From Methanolobus sp. (lineage in GTDB: Archaea > Halobacteriota > Methanosarcinia > Methanosarcinales > Methanosarcinaceae): a DNA stretch of 64,000 bases. The stretch covers positions 7,745 to 71,744 of the forward strand of contig JAASSR010000001.1 in NCBI GenBank assembly GCA_021767785.1. The letters run 5' to 3'. Positions 9,630-19,998 of the stretch are shown piece by piece. The notes below the pieces were generated by a model that did no database searches, was not told the DNA's origin, and saw only the letters and a list, made by a program, of their open reading frames with translations. How positions within the stretch are numbered: position 1 is the stretch's first letter; every line of letters begins with the position of its first letter. The translations under genes were made by a program, and so were the position numbers.

Positions 9630-10879
9630 TCCAGGAGATAATCCTCTTCAAGGAAATCTTCATCTTCTTCCTTTTCTTCCTCATCCCTGCGTTTTTTCCA
9701 CGAGTAAGCTATCAAAGCCACCACAGCAATTGCAACTATACCTGCCACGATCCAGGTTCCTGTGGAGCTTCCCTCCTCTTCATTATCTGAATGGATGACT
9801 CCGGATTCCAGAGATATTTCCTGTGAAATCGCAGTATATGTATTGTCAGGGTCCCTGAATTCAATGAGTACAGGTATTGAAGTGATATTTTTTGATGTGA
9901 TACGGGCGCTGAGTTCGAAACTGCTGAAATCATCGGCTTCCAGGGTTCCTATGAAATAATTGGCATAGGGTTGTATGGATTCAATACCTTCCATATCATC
10001 TATTGATACAAGTACGTTCTTTGCGTCGGTAATTCCGAAATTATTCAGGTCACCTGAAATAGTATGTCTGGTTCCACTGCTCTCTATCTCAATACCAGTG
10101 AATACAAGTGGTGATTGTCTTATGATCGTGATATCCTTGACTTCTGTTTCTGAACTGTGAAGGTTGTCTCCGTTGAAATAGGAAACTGAGAATGATACAT
10201 TGCTGTATCCTTCCTCACAGAACATGCTGTTCAGGGTGAATGTAGCAGTGGATTTGTTACCCTGTGGAATACTGCCTACAAAGTAATCCGAAGGACTGAA
10301 TGTCATGTCTTCAGCATAAGGAGTTACTATTACACTTGTTACATCGTTAGGTCTTCTGTTCACTACGTCCACGCTCACAGAAGATACTTCGTTCATCAGA
10401 GTTCCGGGGACGTTGGACATTATCACCTTTACATTCCTGTCATCAACTTTGACAGGTATGCGGTAATTGAGGTCGTACATGTTGCTGCCTCCCACTATGA
10501 TGAGATCTACAAAATGTACTCCTGTATCAGCGCTCTCTTTTACCTTTACATTGAAAGTGAGTTTAAGAGTGTCTCCCGGACCAAGCAGTCCCACATCGGT
10601 ATAACTCCTGTCGATTATTTCCAGGTTGCTGTTACCATCAAGGCTTGCACTGGCGATGTAGGCATTCATATCCAGTGTTTCATCATCTTCTTCTACATAT
10701 ATCTCGCCTGTTGCCATATTCTCAAGAGTGACTGTGATGGTTCCCATATCACCGGGCATAAAGACCTCCGGCTCGATCTCGTAATCAAGGGTAAGTGTGG
10801 GTCTGATCTCCGTAGTTGCAGAACCGCTGAATGAGAATGTTGCCAGGAGGAACATGGCCAATACAATTGCTTTGATCAT
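9626..10879 (-). CDS. COG1361/CARDB-like single-pass surface beta-sandwich protein (module A)
   Basis: 417 aa; signal peptide, repeated beta-rich segments (EPEVFMPGDMGTITVTLEN), C-terminal TM WIVAGIVAIAVVALIAYSW and acidic tail. Confidence 0.6.
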   Translation of the reverse strand: MIKAIVLAMFLLATFSFSGSATTEIRPTLTLDYEIEPEVFMPGDMGTITVTLENMATGEIYVEEDDETLDMNAYIASASLDGNSNLEIIDRSYTDVGLLGPGDTLKLTFNVKVKESADTGVHFVDLIIVGGSNMYDLNYRIPVKVDDRNVKVIMSNVPGTLMNEVSSVSVDVVNRRPNDVTSVIVTPYAEDMTFSPSDYFVGSIPQGNKSTATFTLNSMFCEEGYSNVSFSVSYFNGDNLHSSETEVKDITIIRQSPLVFTGIEIESSGTRHTISGDLNNFGITDAKNVLVSIDDMEGIESIQPYANYFIGTLEADDFSSFELSARITSKNITSIPVLIEFRDPDNTYTAISQEISLESGVIHSDNEEEGSSTGTWIVAGIVAIAVVALIAYSWKKRRDEEEKEEDEDFLEEDYLLE

Positions 10880-10888
10880 AATTTTACC

Positions 10889-11521
10889 TTATATATTAAT
10901 TAGTTTCAAACTGTACACCGAGTAGAGTATATAGATGAGTATTGGAACTCCTACAGTGATCAAAGCATTTTTGAAACTCAGATTTCTGGCATACATGATC
11001 CCGAATATCCATATATTAGCACTCCAGAGTGTAAATATTATGCCTATAATTCCGGCGATCTTCATGGAAGGGTCAGATACGAGTATTTCCTGTATGGTTT
11101 GCGGGTCTATGGAACTGAAATCAATATTCGAAAACATCTTGTTTGTGTAATAAAGGCTAATAAGGGAACTGGCTATACTCGGTATGAATCCATAGGATAC
11201 GAACTGCATAACTCTTTTGAAATCTCCTTCACCATTAAACAATAAAGATATTATATAGAATACCAGGCTGTACATTACCCACCCTATTATAACACCTATT
11301 ATCCCGCCAATAATACCTATAGCTGCACCGATCCCTGCAAAAGTGGCTGCTTCTTGAGGCATTGTTTTCATTATCTGTGCTGTCACCATATAAGCGCTTA
11401 TGGCACTTACAATTGCCATAATGGTCATGATGATTAGTGGTGTTTTCCACTCGACCTTCTCATTGATCTTTTTTCTGAAAAACCCATTTGGGTCTGTTAA
11501 TACTTCCAGCATAATTTCCAC
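10889..11521 (-). CDS. Yip1-domain-like integral membrane protein
   Basis: 210 aa; soluble N-terminus LTDPNGFFRKK followed by five hydrophobic helices; first gene of the minus-strand ABC operon. Confidence 0.5.
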   Translation of the reverse strand: MEIMLEVLTDPNGFFRKKINEKVEWKTPLIIMTIMAIVSAISAYMVTAQIMKTMPQEAATFAGIGAAIGIIGGIIGVIIGWVMYSLVFYIISLLFNGEGDFKRVMQFVSYGFIPSIASSLISLYYTNKMFSNIDFSSIDPQTIQEILVSDPSMKIAGIIGIIFTLWSANIWIFGIMYARNLSFKNALITVGVPILIYILYSVYSLKLINI

Positions 11522-11694
11522 ATCCTTCCTTTAAGTTCATATATCTATAACTTTCAATATTCAAATCTGTCGATCTATAGTCGAATATTGGAAGTATCTA
11601 TGTATATTTATACTTTGTTGTTTCGATCGATATTAGTATTGAAAATCTGTTCTGGTTCCTACTAGGCAGAATTTTTGCCGTTCTGCAACGAACC

Positions 11695-11704
11695 TTTTTA
11701 TAAG
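11695..11704 (+). promoter_or_regulatory. TATA-box-like element upstream of ABC module B
   Basis: TTTTTATAAG about 50-95 nt upstream of the candidate starts (11757 GTG / 11799 GTG) of the ATPase gene. Confidence 0.3.
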
Positions 11705-11756
11705 TTCAGACCAAAATAAACCCAAAACATAAAAAAAAGATGTCTTTAGATTGTAA

Positions 11757-12506
11757 GTGGGGTTCAACGTGAAAACGCTTTCAAAAGACATACCCAATGT
11801 GGGGTTTGTCAATTCGGGCAATAATGGCAATGATGTTCCTGTTATTGAGCTTATAAAGCTTTGTAAGAGCTATCATGTAGGGGATATGGATGTTCCCATA
11901 CTCAAAAGTATAGATCTCAGGATCATGAGTGGTGAATTTGTTGCTATAATGGGTCCTTCTGGCTCAGGGAAAAGCACTTTAATGAATATGATAGGTTGCC
12001 TTGACAGACCCAACTGCGGAAAGGTAATCCTTATGGGTAAGGATGTGAATACTCTTACCGACCCGGAACTTGCAAAACTGCGAGGTCTTGAAATAGGTTT
12101 TGTTTTCCAGAACTTTAACCTGGTTCCACGACTCACAACACTCCAGAACATCGAACTTCCTACTTATGCAAATAAAAAAGCCGGAGTAGATGCCAGAAAC
12201 AAAGCTCAGGAGCTTGTGGAAATGGTGGGGCTTAAAGAGCGTATGAACTACAAACCCTCGGAAATGTCAGGAGGACAGCAACAGAGGGTTGCAATTGCAA
12301 GGGCGTTGATTAATGATCCTTCCCTTATTCTTGCCGATGAGCCCACAGGTAATCTTGATTCTGTGACTGGTGAGGAGATCATGGGTATATTTTCCGATCT
12401 GAATAAAAAAGGAAGGACAATAGTTATGATCACACATGATCCTGATCTTGCAGAGTATGCTGACAGGATAGTATATCTTAAGGACGGAATTATAGGTAGC
12501 AACTAA
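11757..12506 (+). CDS. ABC transporter ATP-binding protein (MacB/LolD clade), module B
   Basis: Walker [40 protein letters not shown]; start uncertain (GTG 11757 or in-frame GTG 11799). Confidence 0.9.
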   Translation: MGFNVKTLSKDIPNVGFVNSGNNGNDVPVIELIKLCKSYHVGDMDVPILKSIDLRIMSGEFVAIMGPSGSGKSTLMNMIGCLDRPNCGKVILMGKDVNTLTDPELAKLRGLEIGFVFQNFNLVPRLTTLQNIELPTYANKKAGVDARNKAQELVEMVGLKERMNYKPSEMSGGQQQRVAIARALINDPSLILADEPTGNLDSVTGEEIMGIFSDLNKKGRTIVMITHDPDLAEYADRIVYLKDGIIGSN

Positions 12507-12527
12507 AGGAAAAAAAGAGGAAATATT

Positions 12528-13760
12528 ATGTTGGGGAAATATAAAACGGTTCTATATATCGCCGTTGTGTTATTGTTTTTATTTCTTTTGCCGTTGAACG
12601 CATCCGCTGCTGATGGCGCGGATCTGAGGGTCAGCATTCTTAAATATGACCCTGTCCCTGCAGAGATAGGTGAGTATGTCAGTGTCTGGGTCAAAGTGGA
12701 AAATCTGGGTTATGCAAAGGCTGATGACCTTTCCATAAGGATGGTTCCTGAATATCCTTTTAGCATTGACAGTGCAGAAAATGCGGAGGTGAATGTCGGT
12801 ATATTGACACCTGATAATGCTGCGGTTCACGAATTCAGACTTTATACTGATCCCGGTGCAAAGCAGGGTACAGGGACCATTGAAGTGTGGTATCAGGAAG
12901 ATTCCGGTGGTACATGGTTCAAGAAAGAATTCGATCTCAGGGTTGGTTCTGATTCTTTTGACAGTAAAGGTACCATGGAACTTGCAGAGGATCCTGTCAA
13001 AGAACCCGAGGTCTTTATGCCCGGGGATACCGGCACCATTTCTTTTACACTCCAGAACAGTGCTTCGGCTTATACAGTAACTATTGACGGTGAACAGTAC
13101 GATACCAATGCCAGGGTCCAGTCAGCTTCACTTCAGGGTGTGGAAGGAATAAAAGTAACAACGGAAACATATTATGGAAATGGTGTAATCGGACCCGGTG
13201 AGTCCATAGACCTGACTTATAATCTTGAGGTCGATGAATCGATACCTGACGGAACGTATTATCTCACATTTTCAACTGTTGGTAGTTCTCATTCATACAA
13301 CAGTAACTGGAGAATACCACTAAAGGTTGATTCTTCATCCGTAAGGGTCATTCCTTCAAAACCACTTGCACTTGAGAATGGAGAAGGGACACTAGAATTC
13401 GATGTTGCCAATATTCATCCCAACGCACTTTCTTCTGTAAGTGTAAAACTGGAAGCCGAGGGAGTTGAGTTCTCTCCTTCGGAGTATTTCATCGGTTCTA
13501 TGGATTCAGATGAACTTTTTACCATCGAAGTGGATGCTAAAGCCGAGTCAGAGGATATCTCATTTCCCCTCGATCTTTTGATCTATGCGGATTACAGGAA
13601 CGGTCTGAATGAGCATACAGAACAGGTGGATGTCCGCCAGTTGCAACATCATGTAGTTGAAAACGAGAACGATTATGGCATCTACATAGCAGCTGCTCTT
13701 CTGATCGTTGTGGCGGCAGGGGCCTATGTTTTTTACAGGCGCAGAAAAGAAAATGAGTGA
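12528..13760 (+). CDS. COG1361/CARDB-like single-pass surface protein (module B)
   Basis: 410 aa; signal peptide, EPEVFMPGDTGTISFTLQN block shared with modules A and C, C-terminal TM IYIAAALLIVVAAGAYVFY plus RRRKENE. Confidence 0.6.
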   Translation: MLGKYKTVLYIAVVLLFLFLLPLNASAADGADLRVSILKYDPVPAEIGEYVSVWVKVENLGYAKADDLSIRMVPEYPFSIDSAENAEVNVGILTPDNAAVHEFRLYTDPGAKQGTGTIEVWYQEDSGGTWFKKEFDLRVGSDSFDSKGTMELAEDPVKEPEVFMPGDTGTISFTLQNSASAYTVTIDGEQYDTNARVQSASLQGVEGIKVTTETYYGNGVIGPGESIDLTYNLEVDESIPDGTYYLTFSTVGSSHSYNSNWRIPLKVDSSSVRVIPSKPLALENGEGTLEFDVANIHPNALSSVSVKLEAEGVEFSPSEYFIGSMDSDELFTIEVDAKAESEDISFPLDLLIYADYRNGLNEHTEQVDVRQLQHHVVENENDYGIYIAAALLIVVAAGAYVFYRRRKENE

Positions 13761-13798
13761 AGACTAAATTTCAAGGATATATGTCAGGATAAGCCTTT

Positions 13799-15013
13799 AT
13801 GTTAAGTCCGGCTCAGGCTATAAGGATCTCAGTGGGAAGTATTGGAAGCTCCAAGTTAAGGTCCGCTCTAACGACTCTTGGAATCATCATTGGAGTAGCG
13901 GCAGTTATAGCCAATGTTTCACTTGGCGCCAGTTTCAATCAGTATTTCGATGATGAGATCGGAGCTGTGGGTTCGAATTTCATAGTAATCTACAGCCAGA
14001 ACATTGATGTGTTCTTTGATCGGGAACTGGAGATCATAAGGAATACGCCGGGTGTTGAGGGAGTTTCACCAATAAATCAGCAGATGGCGCAGGTAACTTA
14101 CATGTCTACGTCGCGGCAGATAGATATTCAGGGGGTTACAGCGGATTATGATGACGTTGCTAATTTCGAAATGGATTCTGGAACGTTCCTTACTGATAAG
14201 GATCAATATGTTGCTGTTATAGGTGCTGAAGTTGCTTATGAAAAGTTCGATAAGAAGATATCTATAAAGAATCCCATAGATATAACTTTCAGGAGAGAGG
14301 ACGGCGGGGTTGTTACCCGTACTTTTATCGTAAAAGGTGTTATTCAGGATCCAAACACGACCTTTGCACAGACTGGAGTTGAACCTGAGATACGTGTGTT
14401 CATCCCTATTGAGATCATGAACGACATACTGGGAAAAGATGATTATGGAGGCTTTTTTGTAAAGGCTCAGAGTCTTGAAATTGTCAGGGAGACAGGAGAT
14501 GAGATAGACAAACGCCTGGCACGCAGTCTTGGTGTTCCAAGCAGGGAACTTGAGAATGATGATACAAAACCTTATGTCCTGTTCGATCAGCTCGAAATTC
14601 TTGAGCAGACAGATCAACTATCCTCTGCCCTTACGTCACTTTTAACATCAGTAGCTCTTATTTCACTGGTTGTTGGCTCCATCGGAATAATGAACATCAT
14701 GCTTGTGACAGTTGCAGAAAGAACCAGAGAGATAGGCCTTTTGAAATCACTGGGATTCAGTGAAAAGGATGTTCTGGCACTTTTTATTATAGAATCCATG
14801 ATAGTTGGGCTTATTGGTGGTATATTCGGTACTGCTCTTGGAATAGGTGCTGCTCACATTGCAAATGGCATTCTGGATGTTCCGGATGTATTTCCTACAA
14901 GTCTCATAGTTCTCGGATTCCTTGTATCCATACTTGTGGGATTGGTGGCAGGGGTATATCCTGCAAGGAAGGCTGCCCGTATGAATCCTGTTGAGGCTTT
15001 GAGGAAGGAGTGA
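13799..15013 (+). CDS. ABC transporter permease, FtsX/MacB type (module B, first copy)
   Basis: 404 aa; [62 protein letters not shown]. Confidence 0.85.
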   Translation: MLSPAQAIRISVGSIGSSKLRSALTTLGIIIGVAAVIANVSLGASFNQYFDDEIGAVGSNFIVIYSQNIDVFFDRELEIIRNTPGVEGVSPINQQMAQVTYMSTSRQIDIQGVTADYDDVANFEMDSGTFLTDKDQYVAVIGAEVAYEKFDKKISIKNPIDITFRREDGGVVTRTFIVKGVIQDPNTTFAQTGVEPEIRVFIPIEIMNDILGKDDYGGFFVKAQSLEIVRETGDEIDKRLARSLGVPSRELENDDTKPYVLFDQLEILEQTDQLSSALTSLLTSVALISLVVGSIGIMNIMLVTVAERTREIGLLKSLGFSEKDVLALFIIESMIVGLIGGIFGTALGIGAAHIANGILDVPDVFPTSLIVLGFLVSILVGLVAGVYPARKAARMNPVEALRKE

Positions 15014-16230
15014 ACATGATAGACCTTAAACATGCATTTGTCATTGCACTCGGAAGTATCAGCAGTGCAAAGCTCCGTTCAACCCTCACGGCTTTAGGCA
15101 TCATAATTGGTGTTGCAGCAGTGGTGGCCAACGTATCACTTGGCGCCAGTTTCAACCAGTATTTCACAGATGAACTTGGTTCCCTTGGTTCGAATTTCAT
15201 AATCATATACAGTCAGGATGTCAATATTTTCTATGACAATGAGCTGGAACTGATAAAGAACACTCCCGGTATAGAAGGAGTTTCTCCATTTAACCAGCAA
15301 ACAGCGGCGGTTACGTATCTGTCTTCTACAAGGCAGATAGATGTTCAGGGGGTATCGGAAGATGCCCAGTACATCTCTAACCTGCTGGTAGAAGAGGGTA
15401 ATTTCCTTACTGATAAGGATAAGTATGTGGCTGTTCTGGGTAAAGAGATTGCAGAGGAGAAGTTCGATAAGGATATTTCCATTAAGAACTATGTTGACAT
15501 TACCATAAAACGTCAGGATGGTACAAGTGTTACCCGCAAGTTCAGGGTAAAAGGAATACTCCAGAGTGAAGACAATACTTTTGTACAGGGTGGCCCGGAC
15601 CGTGATGTCACCATATACGTCCCTATCTCTACGCTGAATGAGATGTTGAACGTTACTGATTATGGTGGTTTTTCCGCAAATACGGGGAGTGCCGAATCTG
15701 TCAGGGAAGTATCCGATGAGGTGGACAAGCGTCTTGCAAGATCGCTTGGAGTTCCCACAAGGGATCTGGATAATGATGATGCTAAACCTTACAGGATATT
15801 TAACCAGGCCGAGATAATAGAACAACTGAATACGCTCTCTAACTCATTGACAATACTTATCACTCTAATAGCTCTTGTGGCCCTTCTAGTGGGATCTATA
15901 GGTATAATGAACATTATGCTTGTGACAGTTACCGAAAGAACCCGTGAGATCGGTCTGTTGAAATCGCTGGGTTACACAAAACCAAGTATTATTTTTCTTT
16001 TCATAACGGAATCAATAATAGTAGGTGTGATTGGTGGAATACTCGGCACACTTATGGGTCTGGTTGGTTCCTATATTGTTGAGGTTTACCTGAACATACC
16101 TCCGGTGTTCCCGTTCTATCTGATATTCCTGGGTTTTTTCATATCGGTGCTGGTGGGTCTGATCGCCGGGGTATATCCTGCCAACAAGGCAGCTAATCTT
16201 GATCCTGTAGAAGCTCTAAGGCATGAATAA
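15010..16230 (+). CDS. ABC transporter permease, FtsX/MacB type (module B, second copy)
   Basis: 406 aa paralog of the preceding gene; GTG 15010 overlaps the upstream stop, alternative ATG at 15016; [18 protein letters not shown]. Confidence 0.85.
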   Translation: MNMIDLKHAFVIALGSISSAKLRSTLTALGIIIGVAAVVANVSLGASFNQYFTDELGSLGSNFIIIYSQDVNIFYDNELELIKNTPGIEGVSPFNQQTAAVTYLSSTRQIDVQGVSEDAQYISNLLVEEGNFLTDKDKYVAVLGKEIAEEKFDKDISIKNYVDITIKRQDGTSVTRKFRVKGILQSEDNTFVQGGPDRDVTIYVPISTLNEMLNVTDYGGFSANTGSAESVREVSDEVDKRLARSLGVPTRDLDNDDAKPYRIFNQAEIIEQLNTLSNSLTILITLIALVALLVGSIGIMNIMLVTVTERTREIGLLKSLGYTKPSIIFLFITESIIVGVIGGILGTLMGLVGSYIVEVYLNIPPVFPFYLIFLGFFISVLVGLIAGVYPANKAANLDPVEALRHE

Positions 16231-16392
16231 AGTCAAATCTACCTGTTTCTGATCAGCTGATTTATTGTGTCTTTATCTTTGATTCCAATTTTATACTCGA
16301 ACCTGTCTATTCATAGAAAGGTTTAAGTATTTATACTACATCATCGGACTTGACGATATATAGTCAAGTTGGTATATGTGAGGTAAATGTAA

Positions 16393-17097
16393 ATGGCTGG
16401 TAACAATTTGAATGTTCCGGATGGCAGGAATGTCATTGCCATCTCCGGTCTTAAGAAAAGCTATTTCCTTGGTGATATGGAAGTACCGATCCTGCACGGA
16501 ATCGATCTGAGTATCAAACGGGGAGAGTTCGTTGCGATAATGGGTCCTTCCGGATCAGGAAAAAGTACTCTGATGAATATGATAGGATGTCTGGATAGGC
16601 CCACAGGAGGAAAGGTTCTTCTAATGGGTAAAGACACAGGTTCTATCACTGATAACGAGCTTGCTGAACTACGTGGGTTTGAGATCGGCTTTGTTTTCCA
16701 GAATTTCAATCTCATCCCCAGGCTCAGTGCCTATGAAAATATAATGCTCCCTACATATTCCAATACAAAGCAGGGAATGGACACCTCCGGAAGAGCACGG
16801 GAGCTGTTGAAACTCGTGGGTCTGGATGACCGTATGGGTCACAGGCCATCGGAATTATCGGGAGGACAGAGACAAAGGGTTGCAATAGCAAGGTCTCTGA
16901 TCAATGATCCCTCTCTGATATTGGCAGATGAGCCTACCGGTAATCTTGACTCAAAGACCAGTGAAGAAATAATGGGGCTATTCTCAGACCTTCACAAAAA
17001 AGGTCGTACTATTGTAATGATCACACATGATCCGGAAATGGAACCATATGTGGACAGAGTAGTTCGCATCAAAGACGGATATATTGAAAATAATTAA
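16393..17097 (+). CDS. ABC transporter ATP-binding protein (MacB/LolD clade), module C
   Basis: [39 protein letters not shown]; close paralog of 11757..12506. Confidence 0.9.
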   Translation: MAGNNLNVPDGRNVIAISGLKKSYFLGDMEVPILHGIDLSIKRGEFVAIMGPSGSGKSTLMNMIGCLDRPTGGKVLLMGKDTGSITDNELAELRGFEIGFVFQNFNLIPRLSAYENIMLPTYSNTKQGMDTSGRARELLKLVGLDDRMGHRPSELSGGQRQRVAIARSLINDPSLILADEPTGNLDSKTSEEIMGLFSDLHKKGRTIVMITHDPEMEPYVDRVVRIKDGYIENN

Positions 17098-17109
17098 GGG
17101 TGGTTAAGA

Positions 17110-18345
17110 ATGAATTTAATTGGTGTTGTTAAAAGATCGTTTTATATCTTACTCAGTATCGCTTTGTTAAGTACTTCTTCCATGTTACCTGCATTAGCAG
17201 ATTCGGGCGCTACAATGAAGGTTGATATTATAGATTACGAACCTTTCCCCGCTCAGATAGGCGAATATGTAGATGTCCATGTCAAGATCGAGAACGTGGG
17301 CTATGGACGTGCTGATGCAGTTTCCTTAAAGATGGAGCCTGAATATCCGTTCTCTCTGGATTCTGCCGGCAATGCAGTGGAATTTATAGGAATTCTATCC
17401 CCTGATGATGCAGCGATACATGAATATCGTTTATATGTGGACGAGAACGCAAAGGTGGGTACAGGCACAGTAGATGTTTACTATCAGGTCCATGAGGGAG
17501 GATCATGGTATAAGTCCGCCTTTGATCTTAAGGTCGGTTCCAGTACATTTGACAGCAAGGGAACTATAGAACTGACAGAAATTACCTGTGATCCTGTGGT
17601 TTTCATGCCAGGGGACAGGGGGACTGTAAGTTTTACCCTTACAAACACAGCAACTGAGAACTCGATATCAATAGACGGTGAAGACTACGATACAAATGCG
17701 CGTGTACAGTCTGCAGTTCTTAAAGGTACCGACGGAATTGATGTTACAAGTGACAGCTATATAGGTTCCGGTGTGATAGGTCCTGGTGATTCTATAACAT
17801 TGAGTTACAATGTAGAACTGCAGGACGATGTAAGAGACGGAACTTACTATCTGGATCTCTCAATGGTCGGTAATTCCTATACCTATAACAGTAACTGGAG
17901 AATTCCGGTAAAGGTAGATTCTGCTGCTGTAAGGGTCATACCTTCAAAACCAATGGAATTTACTAATGGTGAAGGAACACTTGAATTCGATGTTGCTAAT
18001 ATGCATCCGAACTCGATAAGCTCTGTAAGTGTAAAACTGGAAGCGGAAGGAGTTGATTTCTCTCCGGAAGAATACTTTGTAGGCTCCATGGATTCCGATG
18101 AGCTCTTTACCATAGAAATAAAGGGTAAAACCGCGATTGAAGAAGTAGCAATACCTGTCACCATCACAGTTGATTACAGGAATGGCATAAATGAACACAG
18201 CACCGAGGTTGCGGTTCGTGAGATTGAACTTGTGAGTGAGGACGAAGGTGGCAACGAAAATCTTGCGGTAATAGGTGCCGGAGCCATTTTGTTGCTGGGT
18301 ATTCCTGCAGTTGTATTCATGAAACGCAGGAAACAGAACGACTAA
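17110..18345 (+). CDS. COG1361/CARDB-like single-pass surface protein (module C)
   Basis: 411 aa, collinear paralog of 12528..13760 (for example DPVVFMPGDRGTVSFTLTN; NSNWRIPVKVDSAAVRVIPSKP); C-terminal TM plus KRRKQND. Confidence 0.6.
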   Translation: MNLIGVVKRSFYILLSIALLSTSSMLPALADSGATMKVDIIDYEPFPAQIGEYVDVHVKIENVGYGRADAVSLKMEPEYPFSLDSAGNAVEFIGILSPDDAAIHEYRLYVDENAKVGTGTVDVYYQVHEGGSWYKSAFDLKVGSSTFDSKGTIELTEITCDPVVFMPGDRGTVSFTLTNTATENSISIDGEDYDTNARVQSAVLKGTDGIDVTSDSYIGSGVIGPGDSITLSYNVELQDDVRDGTYYLDLSMVGNSYTYNSNWRIPVKVDSAAVRVIPSKPMEFTNGEGTLEFDVANMHPNSISSVSVKLEAEGVDFSPEEYFVGSMDSDELFTIEIKGKTAIEEVAIPVTITVDYRNGINEHSTEVAVREIELVSEDEGGNENLAVIGAGAILLLGIPAVVFMKRRKQND

Positions 18346-18361
18346 ATTCCAGGGTGAAACC

Positions 18362-19576
18362 ATGCTGAGTCTGAAACATTCCTTCAGAATGGCTGTGGGA
18401 AGCATTAGCAGTTCTAAATTAAGATCTGCCCTGACAACACTTGGTATTGTCATAGGTGTGGCCGCCGTAATTGCCAATGTATCCCTGGGAGCCAGTTTCA
18501 ATCAGTACTTCTCTCAGGAAATAGGTTCTGTAGGAAACAATTTCATTATTATTGAAGGTAAGACCTCTAATTTGTTCCATGATAATGAAATGGAAGTCGT
18601 AAAAAACACCCCTGGTATTGTGGGTGTGTCTCCGCTGAGTCAGGAAGTCGCCGAAGTGAAATATATTTCCACCAAACGACAGATAGCTGTTCAGGGAGTT
18701 TCTGAAGACTATGAGGAAGTAGCTAACATTCAGATGGAGAGCGGGACGTTCATAGATGACAAAGACAAGTATATGGCGGTAATAGGACATGATGTCGCCT
18801 ATGAGAAGTTCGACCGTAAGATCTCCGATAAAAATACCATAGAACTCACATTTACAAGACCCAGTGGTGAGACAGTAACCAGACAATTTAAGGTAAAGGG
18901 AATTGTTGACAGTCCGGAGACAACGTTTGTTCAGAGTGGTATAGAACCTGATGAAAGGGTCTTCATACCTATATCTACAATGAATGAGATAATGGGTGAA
19001 GATTACTACTGGGGGTTCTTTGCAGCAGCAACCAGCCTTGAATCCATAGATAGTGTAACTGAAGAGCTGGATAAGAGACTTGCAAGGGATCTTGGAGTTC
19101 CTTTCAGGGATCTGGACAATGAAGATGCAAAACCGTATTCACTTATGAATCAGGGTGAGATACTTGAAGAAGTTGACCAGCTTTCAGGTGCTTTAGGCTC
19201 ATTGCTGACTTCTGTTGCCCTGATATCGCTTATTGTGGGTTCCATCGGAATTATGAATATCATGCTGGTCACAGTGACCGAGAGGACCGGAGAAATAGGG
19301 ATTATGAAATCCCTGGGATATAAGAACTATGAGGTTCTGTCCCTGTTCATGGTGGAATCCATAGTAGTGGGTCTTTTCGGTGGAGTACTGGGTATCATAC
19401 TCGGTGTGGTCGGTGCATATGTTGCGGACAGTGCAATGGGTTTGCCATATGTGTTCCCTGTTGATATGATACTGACAGGGATGCTGGTGTCTGTGATAGT
19501 AGGATTGCTTGCAGGTATATATCCTGCTAATAAAGCAGCAAGGATGAATCCTGTGGATGCTCTTCGACACGAATGA
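18362..19576 (+). CDS. ABC transporter permease, FtsX/MacB type (module C)
   Basis: 404 aa; [62 protein letters not shown]. Confidence 0.85.
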   Translation: MLSLKHSFRMAVGSISSSKLRSALTTLGIVIGVAAVIANVSLGASFNQYFSQEIGSVGNNFIIIEGKTSNLFHDNEMEVVKNTPGIVGVSPLSQEVAEVKYISTKRQIAVQGVSEDYEEVANIQMESGTFIDDKDKYMAVIGHDVAYEKFDRKISDKNTIELTFTRPSGETVTRQFKVKGIVDSPETTFVQSGIEPDERVFIPISTMNEIMGEDYYWGFFAAATSLESIDSVTEELDKRLARDLGVPFRDLDNEDAKPYSLMNQGEILEEVDQLSGALGSLLTSVALISLIVGSIGIMNIMLVTVTERTGEIGIMKSLGYKNYEVLSLFMVESIVVGLFGGVLGIILGVVGAYVADSAMGLPYVFPVDMILTGMLVSVIVGLLAGIYPANKAARMNPVDALRHE

Positions 19577-19654
19577 TCGACATAATCCTTAATGATACTA
19601 AAAAAATAATAGATATGGAATAATTACATCAGGTATTAATCAGGTGATTCTAAT

Positions 19655-19888
19655 ATGTTCGATATATTCTTTGGATTTTCGTTTCTAATGCTCTTGATCT
19701 TCTTTGGAATAGGTGTACTCGGGACTTTGTTCTGGTTGTGGATGCTTATTGATTGTGCAACAAAAGAACCTTCCGAAGGAAATGATAAGCTTATATGGGT
19801 CATTGTGATTATTTTCACACATCTTCTTGGTGCACTTATCTACTTCTTCATAAGAAGACCAAAGCGTATTGAGGAGTTCGGAAGATAA
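19655..19888 (+). CDS. Small two-TM membrane protein, PLD-nuclease N-terminal (PLDc_N)-like
   Basis: 77 aa; LWMLIDCATKE....KLIWVIVIIFTHLLGALIYFFIRR pattern; AGGTGA Shine-Dalgarno 6 nt upstream. Confidence 0.5.
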   Translation: MFDIFFGFSFLMLLIFFGIGVLGTLFWLWMLIDCATKEPSEGNDKLIWVIVIIFTHLLGALIYFFIRRPKRIEEFGR

Positions 19889-19998
19889 ATCTGGCTAATA
19901 GTGTGTGCATTATGTGACAGTATTCAGGAATCCTTAGATAGTATCGATAATTTAGTGAATGGTCTAAATTAAATGTTTATTATTAAAAAACGACAACT

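Noticed and set aside
11565-11640. Possible shared operator motif (CGAT.TATAGTC-like) upstream of ABC module B, also present at 16351-16368 upstream of module C
   Set aside because: Only about 13 of 17 positions match, the two sites have different symmetry (direct versus inverted repeat), and the sequence is AT-rich and promoter-like. I cannot distinguish this from chance without a statistical motif search.
14066-19570. Antisense ORFs inside the ABC permease and surface-protein genes (183, 229, 185, 155 and 123 aa)
   Set aside because: They are shadow ORFs opposite strongly supported genes. Their translations are Cys/Tyr/Ile-rich nonsense with no motifs.
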